Shown: positions 28,555 to 39,505, counted from the first letter of the stretch. The stretch is DNA of 64,000 nt from Candidatus Magasanikiibacteriota bacterium (GCA_903893485.1 CAITMK010000014.1:66144-130143); one strand, 5' to 3'. Made by a program: numbers and translations. Notes: generated from the sequence alone by a model not told the origin.

Positions 28555-29175
28555 CTATAGTGAGGAGCGCCGCCAAAACTGCACCTGACCGCGCTCCTGT
28601 AAGAACCGCATGAATTCATCGCTGTGCGGCTCGTTCGACAACTCGTAACCCAGATCGCCAAAAATCGATGGTCCGCTGGGGCAAACGAGAGGCGCCGGTG
28701 CGTAACCTTTGACGAGGCTCGTGAACGTGTTGAATTCGATTGTTACCAGCCCGTCGCAAACAGCAAATTTCACATTACCGCTCAATCCGCCGGACTCATC
28801 CTTTTGAATTCTGCCCACTTCAAGTTCGGGCGGCCGCAGAGCTACAATCACGTGACGCATGTCACCTGCAGTCATACTAGCGATGACGACTTTCCCGCCG
28901 ACCGACGCGGACCGCAGCGCACGCTGCAGCACGTTGAAGCCGACCACCTCGTTCACGCGCGCCAGTTCAGCGCTTCCCCCGAGTTGCTGAACGGTCCGTA
29001 CGGCCTCTCGCGCAGATCGACGTTCGCGCAGTGTACGCCACAACTTACTTATACCAAGTGGATTTAGAAAATAGTTCTGGAAAAACATCGAGATCGGCGT
29101 CGTGAATTCGATAAACCAAAATCGCAACGCTAGCCGCTGCTCATCACCAAGGATCGTTTTAAGCCATCGCCACAT
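28555..29175 (-). CDS. Hypothetical protein (GC-elevated block)
   Basis: 206-aa ORF with clearly higher GC than the neighbours. No domain recognised. Confidence 0.45.
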   Translation of the reverse strand: MWRWLKTILGDEQRLALRFWFIEFTTPISMFFQNYFLNPLGISKLWRTLRERRSAREAVRTVQQLGGSAELARVNEVVGFNVLQRALRSASVGGKVVIASMTAGDMRHVIVALRPPELEVGRIQKDESGGLSGNVKFAVCDGLVTIEFNTFTSLVKGYAPAPLVCPSGPSIFGDLGYELSNEPHSDEFMRFLQERGQVQFWRRSSL

Positions 29176-29445
29176 GAGATTCTCCTTGCAAATTCAGAAA
29201 AAACATACCATCTTTTTACAAAGATGTCAACCTTGACAAAATCAATTTTCAATGCTTAAATACGAACGGCGTAATCAACGCTCACAACAAACAGACATTC
29301 GCTCTCACAGGAGATCCCAATGGCAAAGAAGAAAGCGCAGGGTCGCAAGCCCTGCATTCCGGTCAACGTCAGCTTTGACCGCAAACTGTCGCTGAAAGAA
29401 TAGGCCGCCATTTTCAGCCTCCCGCACACGCCAACGACCGAAAAG

Positions 29446-29661
29446 GTGGTGCGTGCGCTGTTCGTTGCCAATGGCGACGGCTACGCGCGCGAAATTCTGG
29501 ACGGCACGTGGAGTCGTGCGATGCAGCTCAACCGGCTGCTCATCAAGCACGGCTTGCCGTACCGCGTGCGGAGCTACCCGCTTTCGGAACTGGAGGCTCG
29601 CAAGCGCTACGACGGCTACGCGATTTCACAAGAAGGGCTCACGCTCGGCATTGTCATGTGA
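29446..29661 (+). CDS. Hypothetical small protein; in frame with the upstream 27-codon ORF (29320-29403) across a single TAG
   Basis: The ORF MAKKKAQGRKPCIPVNVSFDRKLSLKE-TAG is in the same frame as MVRALFVANGDGYAREILDG…. 29446-29320 = 126. Confidence 0.3.
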   Translation: MVRALFVANGDGYAREILDGTWSRAMQLNRLLIKHGLPYRVRSYPLSELEARKRYDGYAISQEGLTLGIVM

Positions 29662-29689
29662 ATCACCAACAAACCCAATGGAGGGCATC

Positions 29690-30319
29690 ATGCCGAAACT
29701 CGAAAAAATTCTCGGGGCGGCGGTGCCGCTCCTGACACTCGGCGCTTCGGTGCCACTGCTCATTGGCGGATGGCAACATCCGATCGAAATCAATTTGGCC
29801 GCGTACACGCTGTGGATCATGCTGGCAGCAATGCTCGCATACTCTATGTGGGCGCAGCACCAACCAACGTGGCGCATGATGCTTGGCTTTTTGCTCGGCA
29901 ACGTGAGCATGGTGACGCTTGGGCTGGTACGCGGCGGATACACATTCAACCTCGGCACATCTGAACTCATCGTGCTGTTCGGCATGGTACTCACCGTGGT
30001 CGTGTGGCTCACGGCTAGGCAAATCACCAGCTCAAGCAACCCGCGCATCCTGCTTTTGGGCGGAGTCACGATCGACGTGATCACCTACTACCCGCTGTTC
30101 AAGCAGTACCTCATGCAACACGAACCACCAACGGCGTGGATGAAGCTCGGCTGGTGCATGCAACTCACGGGCATAACGATTAACCTGTTCGTCGTGGAAC
30201 GCATTGTGCAAAAAATTCGGTATCACGAAAAGTCTTTGCCGAAGATTCTCGAAGAGTCGGCATTTTCGCTCGAGTGCTGCATTTTCATCTCGATGCTTCT
30301 GTGGCTGATCAACACGTAA
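29690..30319 (+). CDS. Hypothetical polytopic membrane protein
   Basis: Start MPKLEKILGAAVPLL. About 6 TM helices. Confidence 0.5.
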   Translation: MPKLEKILGAAVPLLTLGASVPLLIGGWQHPIEINLAAYTLWIMLAAMLAYSMWAQHQPTWRMMLGFLLGNVSMVTLGLVRGGYTFNLGTSELIVLFGMVLTVVVWLTARQITSSSNPRILLLGGVTIDVITYYPLFKQYLMQHEPPTAWMKLGWCMQLTGITINLFVVERIVQKIRYHEKSLPKILEESAFSLECCIFISMLLWLINT

Positions 30320-30391
30320 CAACCGCGTGCGGCGCACCGCAACAAACCCAATCTCACGGCTCGCAAAGCGTGGGGGCGGGTCTTTTTTTAT

Positions 30392-30449
30392 AAAAAAATC
30401 CCGCACCGCGAGTCACCAATTTCTGTGACATCCAAGCGGTGCGGGATTA
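30392..30449 (-). terminator. Rho-independent terminator (12-bp stem ATCCCGCACCGC / GCGGTGCGGGAT) downstream of the 30464-30865 gene
   Basis: Perfect 12-bp inverted repeat with a T run of at least 7 on the minus strand. An A run on the plus side could also serve the convergent plus-strand gene. Confidence 0.4.
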
Positions 30450-30463
30450 AAATTTCTAACGAC

Positions 30464-30865
30464 CTACGAAACCAATGCGCACGGATGCAGCGTGAACCAA
30501 AACGTCAAATCCTTTTTCAGGTTCGCCACGAACTCCACGATGAATGCTTCCAGAAAAGCGTAATTCCGCGGCGTCCGCTCCTTTGGCAACGCCTGCTCAA
30601 ACCGCTCGCTCAGCATGCAAATCAGCACGAACTTTGCCGTGTCCATGTTCGGCTGTACGAGCACCAACGGGTAGTTGAAGCCCTGTTCAACGTAACTCAT
30701 CAGGGTTTCCGTGTCCAAATCCTTCGGGCGCTCGATAGCATATACCTCCATCTGCCGTTCAAGCGCCTGGGGCACGGACGAGTACGCATGTGCCAGCGTC
30801 AACACTTCCTTCAAATAACCTTCCAGTTCCGCTTCGATCACTCGAGCCGTATCTGCGTGTGACAT
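30464..30865 (-). CDS. Hypothetical protein (GC-elevated block)
   Basis: Start MSHADTARV. 133 aa, no domain recognised. Confidence 0.45.
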   Translation of the reverse strand: MSHADTARVIEAELEGYLKEVLTLAHAYSSVPQALERQMEVYAIERPKDLDTETLMSYVEQGFNYPLVLVQPNMDTAKFVLICMLSERFEQALPKERTPRNYAFLEAFIVEFVANLKKDLTFWFTLHPCALVS

Positions 30866-31014
30866 AAATCCTACCTCGCGTGCCGGTCCGTTGGCTCGCA
30901 GCCACAATCTTATTTCAAAAAATCAGATTTAGCAAAAAATGTCAATATAAAAATAGGCAGCAGATGAGTCGCATCTACTGCCCAGATTGTCCTCCCGCGT
31001 TCGCGATTAGGCAA

Positions 31015-31860
31015 TCACTTTCCAAGCCACCGAATCCAATCGCGCAGCTTGCCTGTTGGTTTCACGCTCATAAGTCGCGTGCCATTGTTCCACGGCCATG
31101 CATGCACCACGCATGCCAGCGCTTCGCGATGAAAAGCACCCGGCCCACGCCCCAGTTGATGCTCTGCCAGCCCACTGACCGTGAGCAAATGCGCAACCGC
31201 CGTGTTTGGAACCACGCGAAGCGCCCGATCAAGCAGTTCGCGCGACGCATAATAGCAACCCATGGCATCTTGCATGCCCACGAGTCGCTCTTCATACATC
31301 GTTGGCTGAAGCCGCTGCCGCCGCCATTCGCGCACCAAGTTTTTGTGGTGAAGCAGATACGGTTCGGCATGCGGACCTAGGCGTGTTTGCCACAGCGGCT
31401 CCGCCATGATTTCGGCATGCGTCAGCGGCGTACCACTAAACGCCAAATCGCTGCGCCGCCACACTGCCTGCAAATCCAACACGGTCACCTTGCCGTAAAA
31501 GCCGTTTTCCAAGCGATGAAAATCCGCCGCCGAAATACGACCTCCGTACGTACGACCATGTGTGCACGTGCGATCGTGTGAATACGTCTCCAAAATTCCG
31601 GCGTACGTTGCAAGCGGGCCCACGCCATGCGCCACAATTACAATGGGGTTGCCCGCACGACTCAGTCCAACGTACTCCGCGGACAGCGTCGTGCAAAATC
31701 GTTCCCAAAAATCGTGACCCAGATTTGTGTGCAGCCGTGCGTCGATCACATCTGACACCGTAGCAATATGTCCTTGAGGTCCGCCACGCGTTTCTGCCTC
31801 CAAAAAAACTCGATCAAACTTTTCGCCATCGAAATGGAGTCCAAATTGATTTGCGCTCAT
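31015..31860 (-). CDS. Hypothetical protein (GC-elevated block)
   Basis: Start MSANQFG. 281 aa, no confident domain. Confidence 0.5.
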   Translation of the reverse strand: MSANQFGLHFDGEKFDRVFLEAETRGGPQGHIATVSDVIDARLHTNLGHDFWERFCTTLSAEYVGLSRAGNPIVIVAHGVGPLATYAGILETYSHDRTCTHGRTYGGRISAADFHRLENGFYGKVTVLDLQAVWRRSDLAFSGTPLTHAEIMAEPLWQTRLGPHAEPYLLHHKNLVREWRRQRLQPTMYEERLVGMQDAMGCYYASRELLDRALRVVPNTAVAHLLTVSGLAEHQLGRGPGAFHREALACVVHAWPWNNGTRLMSVKPTGKLRDWIRWLGK

Positions 31861-31954
31861 GTTCCCCTCCGAGATGAATGCCTTTTGCAAGCCTAACAAA
31901 ATGGCACGTGCTTGTCTAGCGTTTTTTATATATAATGAATCGAATTCAAAATAT

Positions 31955-32875
31955 ATGCCATGGTTTCTTGTTGTAATGCTTGCGGCGCTTTGTTGGAGTA
32001 TCGCTGTTCACACTGATAAATTTGTTTTGTCGCGATACTTTAAAGCAAGTGGGCCTGGTGGCTACATGCTATTTTCCACACTCGTACAACTGTGTGCAGT
32101 TGCAGCAATCATCGCAACACACCCAACTTTTTTTAATGTACCGCGCGCGCACATCGCAGGACTCGCGATAAGCGGCATCACCTACATCATCGCGATGCTC
32201 ATCTATTTGTGGGCCATGACCAAAGAAGAAGCAACGCGTGTCTCAATTATTTTTCAGACAATCCCCGTATTTTCATTCGTGCTCGAATATTTTTTTCTGC
32301 ACACTATTTTTTCGCGCAATCAAATCATTGGCGGCATTATTATTTTATGTGGTGCACTTCTTATCTCCATCGATAGCGCACATTCAAGCGCAAAAAAAAT
32401 TCACATTAAATATTCCGTGCTTGGTGCGATGCTTGGCGCATCAATTTTACTTGCCATTCAATGGATCGTATTCAAACAAAGCGCAATCGCTGGTGAATAT
32501 TGGCTCAGCGTTGGCTGGCAATATATGGGTTGTTTATTTGCCGGTGCATGTCTTTTTATTTTTGTTCGTCCATTTCGCAAAGATTTTTTTCATGTATTCA
32601 AAGCAAATGGTCCCGCGGTGCTCGCGCTGAATGTTGCAAACGATATTATTAATGAATCCGGTAATCGCTTGATGAGTTATGCGGTAATGTTTACTCCCGT
32701 CACTCTCGCGCAGCTCGCCAACGGTTTTCAAGCGGTGTTTGTTTTTCTTATCGGTATATCTCTTACAAAATTTTTTCCATCGATCTCGAAGGAGTCAATG
32801 ACCAAAAAAGATCTTATTCAAAAAATTACTGCGATCTCGATTATGCTTTTTGGTGCGTGGGTACTGGGTTGGTAA
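31955..32875 (+). CDS. EamA/DMT-superfamily transporter
   Basis: Start MPWFLVVMLAALCW. 10 TM helices in two 5-TM halves typical of EamA. Confidence 0.65.
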   Translation: MPWFLVVMLAALCWSIAVHTDKFVLSRYFKASGPGGYMLFSTLVQLCAVAAIIATHPTFFNVPRAHIAGLAISGITYIIAMLIYLWAMTKEEATRVSIIFQTIPVFSFVLEYFFLHTIFSRNQIIGGIIILCGALLISIDSAHSSAKKIHIKYSVLGAMLGASILLAIQWIVFKQSAIAGEYWLSVGWQYMGCLFAGACLFIFVRPFRKDFFHVFKANGPAVLALNVANDIINESGNRLMSYAVMFTPVTLAQLANGFQAVFVFLIGISLTKFFPSISKESMTKKDLIQKITAISIMLFGAWVLGW

Positions 32876-34744
32876 TTATTTTTTAACTCGCCGAAATAAT
32901 CTCGCGGAATTTAGCAGTGGGAAAAAATCTGTCGCGAAATTATAAAACGCCGCAAGCGCCGGACCAACAAACCCCGTAAATACCAACGCGAATCCAAAAA
33001 TATTTGAGACGGCCCAGATGATAACATCAAGATGAATCACGGACATTGTTTTCCGACTCAGTGCAATAATTTCTGGCACGCGCGCTAAATTATCCGTTAA
33101 AATCACTACGTCCGCCGCTTCAACGGCAACGGCAGTGCCTCCGGTACCCATGGCAATACCAATTGCCGCGCGCGAAAGCGCTGGTGCATCGTTCACTCCA
33201 TCACCGATCATTGCAACCGTTGATCCGTCAGCACCAAACGCAGCGACCTCACGCATTTTATCTTCTGGTTTCATGTTGGCATGTACGCTGGTAATCCCAA
33301 GCGCTTTTGCAATTCGATTTGCAGAAACTTCGTTGTCACCGGTGAGCATGGCAATTTCAGAAATACCAAGGGCGCGCAGCGCTGTGATACTTTTGTGCGC
33401 TTCAGCACGTGGGACATCTGCCAAAAATCCATAGCCGTAAAATTTACCATCTTCAAAAACCAAAAAAACACTGTTCCCTTCTTTTTCTTGGGCCGCAGCA
33501 ATATCCGCAGAAATTTTCGTGGGCACTGTCACGTGCGCTGCCAATGCAGCATCAGTATTTCCCACCACAATTTTTTTTCCTTCATACATGCAAGTAACTC
33601 CCGCGCCTTTCAAAATTTCAAATTTTTCAGGTTCACCAAATTGTTTTACATGTAGCGCCGCTTCAGCAACCAATGCGCGCCCCGCAGGATGCTCAGAATA
33701 TTTTTCAGCTGCACCAACAGCGCGCCAAAATTTTTCTAAAGAAATCTCTGGCATAATGACGGCGCATTTCACCGACAAATGTCCGTGTGTTAATGTGCCC
33801 GTCTTGTCGATTACTATTTTTTGCACGCGGCTGAGCGCCACAATGCGCTGGCCACCCTTGATAATCACACCACGCTGCGCGGCGCGACCAATGGCGCCAG
33901 CCATGGCAAGCGGAATCGCAACCGCCATGTCATCAGCGCAGGCCACCAAAAAAATTGCCGTGGTCATGGTTGCACTGCGCGTAAAATAATATGTGCCCGC
34001 ACCAATTGCCAAAACAATCGGCAAAAAAATCGTTGCAAATTTATCCGCAATTTTTTCCGTTTCAGATTTATTTGCAGCTGCATCAGTAATGAGCGCGGCA
34101 ATGCGTTCAAAAGTTGAATCTTTTGAAATATGCAGTGCACGAATTTTTATAACCCCCGCTTCATTAACCGTACCACTTGAAACCAATGAATGAATTTCCT
34201 TTTTTACCAACGCAGATTCACCGGTCACCGCGGCTTCATTAATATGCGCTTCACCAAAAATTACCACGCCATCAACCGGGATACGATCGCCGCTACGCAC
34301 CACCACGGTATCGCCCACCACCACATCCGTTACTGAAATTTTTGTTTCGACGCCCGCCGCACCACGTTCCACCGACGCAATTAATGGTTTTTGTTTTAAT
34401 AATAATTCGACGGCACGATGCGCGCGCGATTCGGTACTCCAATCAAGTAAATCCGCACAGGTAAACATGAGCACAATAAATGCCGCGGATTGCGGATCTC
34501 CCAAAAAAAATGCAGCGGCAAGTGCAAACGTATTAAATGTATCAATGGTAATTTTTCTTTTAATCGTTGCCTGAAATGTGCGCGCCAAAAGTGGTAATGA
34601 TCCTGCGGCAGAAATCGTGAGTAACATGAGTCCCGCCGCGGGCATAAAAAAATGTACAACCAAAGCCGCGGCCAGAGCGCTGATAATAATCCATTCACGG
34701 CGTGGCGAAGAAAAAAAGGTGCGAAGGTGCTTCATACGAAGCAT
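32876..34744 (-). CDS. P-type ATPase, P1B-like core lacking the N-terminal metal-binding domain; TM6 shows ACADD in place of the canonical CPC
   Basis: TGES (actuator domain), DKTGTLT (phosphorylation), TGDN and GDGVNDAPAL (P/N domains). 622 aa. The segment VACADDMAVAIPLA aligns where P1B pumps carry xCPCxL. Confidence 0.85.
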   Translation of the reverse strand: MLRMKHLRTFFSSPRREWIIISALAAALVVHFFMPAAGLMLLTISAAGSLPLLARTFQATIKRKITIDTFNTFALAAAFFLGDPQSAAFIVLMFTCADLLDWSTESRAHRAVELLLKQKPLIASVERGAAGVETKISVTDVVVGDTVVVRSGDRIPVDGVVIFGEAHINEAAVTGESALVKKEIHSLVSSGTVNEAGVIKIRALHISKDSTFERIAALITDAAANKSETEKIADKFATIFLPIVLAIGAGTYYFTRSATMTTAIFLVACADDMAVAIPLAMAGAIGRAAQRGVIIKGGQRIVALSRVQKIVIDKTGTLTHGHLSVKCAVIMPEISLEKFWRAVGAAEKYSEHPAGRALVAEAALHVKQFGEPEKFEILKGAGVTCMYEGKKIVVGNTDAALAAHVTVPTKISADIAAAQEKEGNSVFLVFEDGKFYGYGFLADVPRAEAHKSITALRALGISEIAMLTGDNEVSANRIAKALGITSVHANMKPEDKMREVAAFGADGSTVAMIGDGVNDAPALSRAAIGIAMGTGGTAVAVEAADVVILTDNLARVPEIIALSRKTMSVIHLDVIIWAVSNIFGFALVFTGFVGPALAAFYNFATDFFPLLNSARLFRRVKK

Positions 34745-34895
34745 AGTATACCGTGAGACGCAAAAAAATGCAGCTGTTCGTAAATAATATCTATATTTTA
34801 TGTATCAAACGCAACTGATGGCGGTTTTTTCGCTAAAATTATACGTTTATTATAAATTTGAACCAAATTGACAATACCTTGCGTATATATAATAT

Positions 34896-35672
34896 ATGAA
34901 AAAACTCTCAATTATCACCACAAGCTCAGTAGTTGTTGCGTCAATTTTAGGCGCCGTGCCAGCATTTGCTGCAACCAACCCAGCACATGGCCGCCCCACT
35001 ATGCAACCACACAAAATTCAAATGAAAAAAACGGACACTAAAAATCAAAATCACCCTTTTTTTGGTAAAGTCACGGCCGTTTCAGGCACCTCTATTACTA
35101 TGACCACACTTAGCCCAACATCAACCGCATATACTATCGATGCCAGCCGTGCAAAATTCATGAAAAATGAAAAAACTGCTGGCGCAATCACTGATATTGC
35201 TGTTGGTAATTTAATTGGCGTGCAAGGCACCTCATCGGGTACTAACATTGCAGCAAACGCAATTATGATTAATGGTGGTGGTCCTGAAAATACGAACGGC
35301 GCTGTTGGTCGTGGCATTGCCGGCAAAGTAACCTCGATTTCTGGAAATACCTTTACCATCGATTCAACTCCATTTCATGGTCGTGGAATGCGCGGCGCCG
35401 CAACATCAACACCAGTAACACCGCCAGCCCCAGTCTCATATACGGTAACTGCTGATGCAAATACGGTATACACTAAAGATGGTCAGCCAGCTACCATCAA
35501 TGACGTAACCACCACATCATTGATCATGGTTCGTGGCACCACTGATCCGGTTGCACACACAATTGCCGCAACAAATGTGATGATCAACACACACATTCCA
35601 ACCGCATCATCTGCACCGCTCGCAAAAAAATCTTTGCTCGGCCGGGTACTCGGCTTTTTCCACAAAAAATAA
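34896..35672 (+). CDS. Secreted repeat protein (DUF5666-like beta repeats)
   Basis: Signal peptide (…AVPAFAATNP). Three repeats of the GKVTxxSGxxxT…YT pattern. Confidence 0.55.
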   Translation: MKKLSIITTSSVVVASILGAVPAFAATNPAHGRPTMQPHKIQMKKTDTKNQNHPFFGKVTAVSGTSITMTTLSPTSTAYTIDASRAKFMKNEKTAGAITDIAVGNLIGVQGTSSGTNIAANAIMINGGGPENTNGAVGRGIAGKVTSISGNTFTIDSTPFHGRGMRGAATSTPVTPPAPVSYTVTADANTVYTKDGQPATINDVTTTSLIMVRGTTDPVAHTIAATNVMINTHIPTASSAPLAKKSLLGRVLGFFHKK

Positions 35673-35685
35673 TTTGTTGGAACAT

Positions 35686-35718
35686 AAAAAATCCCCGCTT
35701 CGCGCGGGGATTTTTTAT
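35686..35718. terminator. Bidirectional rho-independent terminator between convergent genes
   Basis: AAAAAATCCCCGC-TTCG-GCGGGGATTTTTT, with A and T runs on both sides. Confidence 0.5.
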
Positions 35719-36521
35719 TTCTTCAAATTAATTGCTTCGATGCACATGAACAACGGAATTTCCAAACGCGCTTTATTTTCCGCGCCAGCACGTGGACCAC
35801 TTGTTGCAGGACGATGTGATACCCATTCTTCGAGTCGCGTCACTGCAAAACCAGCCTTGCCCAAATGTTTAAAATATAATTGCAATGGACGATGAAACGA
35901 AACCGTTTGCACCGACGGATCGCTGCCCGGATGCATATCAATTTGATTTTTGCGTTCCGTTAAATACGCGTCAACGCGGCGATACTGCACATGTTTTTTT
36001 TCATCCCATTCCCAACTCGAAAATTTTGGCACGCGAAATGTGGGATGATTTAATACAAATAAAATTCTGCCGCCCGGCGCAAGCACGCGTGCTGCCTCGG
36101 CCATAACTGGCGAGACACGTTCGATATTTTGCAACGCCAATACAATTGTCACCACATCAACTGAGTTATCCGGCACAAATGAACAATCGTCCGCGGGCGA
36201 TACATGATATACAATTTCAGGCACAGAATTTTTCTTTGCAATTGCAATTAATTCTGGCGCGATATCTGATGCAATAATCTGCGCACCAGCGGCCGCAAAT
36301 CGGCGCGAAAAATATCCTTGCCCGCATGCTAAATCTAAAATTTTCATTCCTGGTTTTGGCGCGACCAATCGTTCCAAGTTTGGTGCCAATACTTTTTCCT
36401 GAAAGGTATCTGGATTATTTTCTAAAAGTTCATCGTACCAAGGCGCAACCGCACCCCACGATGTCGATTTTTCGTGCGCCGGTTTTTTTACCACTTTGCG
36501 CGGATTAAATGCTGGTCTCAT
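35715..36521 (-). CDS. Class I SAM-dependent methyltransferase
   Basis: Motif [30 protein letters not shown] and downstream Rossmann-fold pattern. Confidence 0.75.
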   Translation of the reverse strand: MRPAFNPRKVVKKPAHEKSTSWGAVAPWYDELLENNPDTFQEKVLAPNLERLVAPKPGMKILDLACGQGYFSRRFAAAGAQIIASDIAPELIAIAKKNSVPEIVYHVSPADDCSFVPDNSVDVVTIVLALQNIERVSPVMAEAARVLAPGGRILFVLNHPTFRVPKFSSWEWDEKKHVQYRRVDAYLTERKNQIDMHPGSDPSVQTVSFHRPLQLYFKHLGKAGFAVTRLEEWVSHRPATSGPRAGAENKARLEIPLFMCIEAINLKK

Positions 36522-37456
36522 ACGACTTTTTTAAAATACGCAATTGTTTTAACCAAGCCTTCGTCAACCATCACCTTTGGTTCCCATCCCAGCATTTTTT
36601 TAGCAACCGAAATATCTGGCTTGCGACGTTTTGGATCATCACCCGGCAACGCGCGAAATGTAATCGCTGATTTTGAACTCGTCAGCTTCACCACTTTTTC
36701 CGCAAGCTGTTTCATGGTGAATTCATTTGGATTGCCCATATTCACCGGCCCTGTAACGCGCGCCTTTTCCATAAACAACATCATGCCGCGCACCAAATCA
36801 TCAACGTATTGAAAGCTGCGCGTTTGATCGCCCGCACCATAAATGGTAATTGGCGCGCCGCGAAGCGCTTGCACGATAAAATTCGAAACCACGCGACCGT
36901 CATTCACGGCCATGCGTGGGCCATAGGTATTAAAAATTCGCACCACGCGAATCTCAACTTTTTTTTCGCGATGATAATCAAAACATAATGTTTCTGCGGC
37001 GCGTTTGCCTTCATCGTAACATGCGCGAATGCCAATTGGATTTACATTTCCCCAATACGTTTCGCGTTGTGGATGTTCAAGTGGATCACCATAAATTTCT
37101 GACGTGCTTGCCTGCAATACGCGCGCACCAGTTTTTTGTGCCAACTTTAACATGTTATGCATTCCTAAAAAACTCGTTTCAATGGTTGCCACCGGATCTT
37201 TTTGATAATTCACAGGCGACGCCGGACATGCCAAATTATAAATGCGTGTAAATTTTATTTTTGTAACAAATGGTTCACGCACATCGTGTTTAATGAAAGT
37301 AAAATTTTTATTTTTCAAACACGTTACAATATTTTTTTTACTTCCACAAAATAAATTATCAACGCACACGACGGTGTGGCCCGCGGTGAGCAGCGCCTCG
37401 CACAAATGCGAACCGATAAATCCCGCACCACCAGTTACTAAAATTGTTTGTTTCAT
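36518..37456 (-). CDS. UDP-glucuronate decarboxylase (UDP-xylose synthase), NAD-dependent epimerase/dehydratase family
   Basis: [99 protein letters not shown]. Near-collinear with UXS enzymes. Confidence 0.85.
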   Translation of the reverse strand: MKQTILVTGGAGFIGSHLCEALLTAGHTVVCVDNLFCGSKKNIVTCLKNKNFTFIKHDVREPFVTKIKFTRIYNLACPASPVNYQKDPVATIETSFLGMHNMLKLAQKTGARVLQASTSEIYGDPLEHPQRETYWGNVNPIGIRACYDEGKRAAETLCFDYHREKKVEIRVVRIFNTYGPRMAVNDGRVVSNFIVQALRGAPITIYGAGDQTRSFQYVDDLVRGMMLFMEKARVTGPVNMGNPNEFTMKQLAEKVVKLTSSKSAITFRALPGDDPKRRKPDISVAKKMLGWEPKVMVDEGLVKTIAYFKKVV

Positions 37457-38088
37457 ACTTTGTTAGAAAAAACTTTTTTGATTCCCGCAATAAGGAGTGC
37501 GCGATCATTTTTGTCGCGAAGAACGTGAATCACCCCTGGTAAAAATGATAAAACTAAAATTGCCAAAACAATTCTGCCGATATATGTTTCAATTCCCGGA
37601 ATCGATGCGCCGGCCCAGTAGCCAATATATGGAAGACCAACCGCCCAAATCGCCGCGCCCAAAATATTATATGCTAAAAATTTTCGATACTTCATGTGGC
37701 CCACACCCGCAATAGTTGGTGCAAACGTACGCACCACCGGCAAAAAGCGCGCCAAAGTAACGGCCTTGCCACCATGCTTCACATAAAAATTATGTGCGCG
37801 ATCCGCATGGCGTTTGTTAAAAAACAAAGATTTTTCGCGATTAAAAATTTTAGGGCCAATTTGGCGACCCAAACTGTATCCAACTGAATCCCCCGCAACC
37901 GCAGCGATAAAAACAAGTACTGCGAGCAAATGTATATTAATGTACCCTTGCGATGCCAAAAAGCCCGCGGTGAATAATAAACTATCGCCCGGCAAAAAGA
38001 ATCCCACCAAAAGGCCGGATTCAGCGAACACAATTCCCGCGACACCAATATAGCCCGCGGTTTTGATAAATGAAGTGACGTCAAACAT
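37453..38088 (-). CDS. DedA/SNARE-associated family membrane protein
   Basis: [40 protein letters not shown] DedA signature. 211 aa. Confidence 0.7.
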   Translation of the reverse strand: MFDVTSFIKTAGYIGVAGIVFAESGLLVGFFLPGDSLLFTAGFLASQGYINIHLLAVLVFIAAVAGDSVGYSLGRQIGPKIFNREKSLFFNKRHADRAHNFYVKHGGKAVTLARFLPVVRTFAPTIAGVGHMKYRKFLAYNILGAAIWAVGLPYIGYWAGASIPGIETYIGRIVLAILVLSFLPGVIHVLRDKNDRALLIAGIKKVFSNKV

Positions 38089-38143
38089 GCTGACATGGTA
38101 ACGGATTTTTTGAGTTTATACAAGTATAAACAAGGTGATTTTG

Positions 38144-39505
38144 TCAACCTCGATCCGTTGCTTCAAAATATTTTTCAATAACTGATTCGGCGACAGATAA
38201 AAATCGTTCAGCGCCTTGCATCGCGACTGGATCACGGCGCGTAATTTTTTGCGAATCAAATAAAGCATTGCGCGCTCGTCCGCCGTTTGCAATTCTATTT
38301 TTTTGTTTCCAACTTTTCAGCGCCGCGGTTGGATCACCTCCTTCGTAATACACAATTTTCGACGGTCGCAGTTCAGGGTGCTGCGCAAAATACTGCTCCC
38401 AATATTCGCGCGACGAAATAGTTTTATCAGCAAGCAACAATTCGCCGTCATTCATTTCGGGATTTTTTTCTGCATCGACCAAATATCGAGAGCCGGTATG
38501 CGGATCAACCCGCGCGTCTGCCGGAATAAAAACCACACCAGCATCTACATTAATCCCGCGATTTTCCTGATCCCACACCCACAGATCATTCCAATAACCA
38601 CCACCAGAATCGGCAAGACCGCCCGAATGATGATACGCGGTTGCAATAAACATGGCCGGAAATACAAAAAATATTTCATTGCCCTGCTCCGCGCCATAAT
38701 AGCTATCCGCAACTTCGTTTGCAGCAAAATGCACCGAATTGATATCAGAATATACACCCGGCTTTCCTTGTCCTTCTGGATTCACCACGTTTTGCACCCA
38801 GCTAAACGCGGCCTCTTTTGTTGTCAATCCAATATCTTTTATTTCTGAAACAATCGCCGCCTCTTTCATTTCTTGAGTTACCGCTCTACCAACCACCGAT
38901 TGCAGACGACCCGCCCGCATTGTTTGTTCAAACCCATTATAAAATCCACCGGCCCCACTGTGATGCGAAATTCTGTCGCGCACACCCTGACGCGTCACAT
39001 GCGTCACGAGCTCACCCGGAAACCGGCGCAGCAGCAGCGCGTAATCTTCAATAGAAAGTTTAGCAAGATATTCTTCGGAAAAATATTTTTTAATGTCTGC
39101 CTCAGCATAAGGCGTTAATTCCCAACGCTCCATCACCGCGGCTTCATGCTGTGCAAACTGCTCATCAACATGCTCTCGAACTTCTTTTATATAGGTTGCA
39201 ATTTGTTCATCAAGCAATTCCAATGCTGAAGCATCATATCCATGCATCTCAACCAAAAAATCATATTCATCGGATAGCCCCTGAATTCCTTCCATTTTTC
39301 CAGTCAATTCTTTCATCCGCATTTCTCGTTCACGCATTTTTTGCGTTACATCGGCTCGCTCTTCAATTGCCCGCCGCTTACCATGAAGCGCAAGTCGTAC
39401 AGCCTCAGCATCTTTAATTCTATGAACATGTCGCGGTTTCCCTTGTTCGGTTTGACCCAAATACGGATCGGTTTCGGTTATAAAATTTGGCCAAACCTTT
39501 TTCAT
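38144..39505 (-). CDS. Hypothetical protein (453 aa)
   Basis: Long ORF, N-terminal coiled-coil-like region. No domain recognised. Confidence 0.55.
   Translation of the reverse strand: MKKVWPNFITETDPYLGQTEQGKPRHVHRIKDAEAVRLALHGKRRAIEERADVTQKMREREMRMKELTGKMEGIQGLSDEYDFLVEMHGYDASALELLDEQIATYIKEVREHVDEQFAQHEAAVMERWELTPYAEADIKKYFSEEYLAKLSIEDYALLLRRFPGELVTHVTRQGVRDRISHHSGAGGFYNGFEQTMRAGRLQSVVGRAVTQEMKEAAIVSEIKDIGLTTKEAAFSWVQNVVNPEGQGKPGVYSDINSVHFAANEVADSYYGAEQGNEIFFVFPAMFIATAYHHSGGLADSGGGYWNDLWVWDQENRGINVDAGVVFIPADARVDPHTGSRYLVDAEKNPEMNDGELLLADKTISSREYWEQYFAQHPELRPSKIVYYEGGDPTAALKSWKQKNRIANGGRARNALFDSQKITRRDPVAMQGAERFLSVAESVIEKYFEATDRG

Noticed and set aside
33519-33989. 156-aa plus-strand ORF
   Set aside because: Antisense to the P-type ATPase gene.
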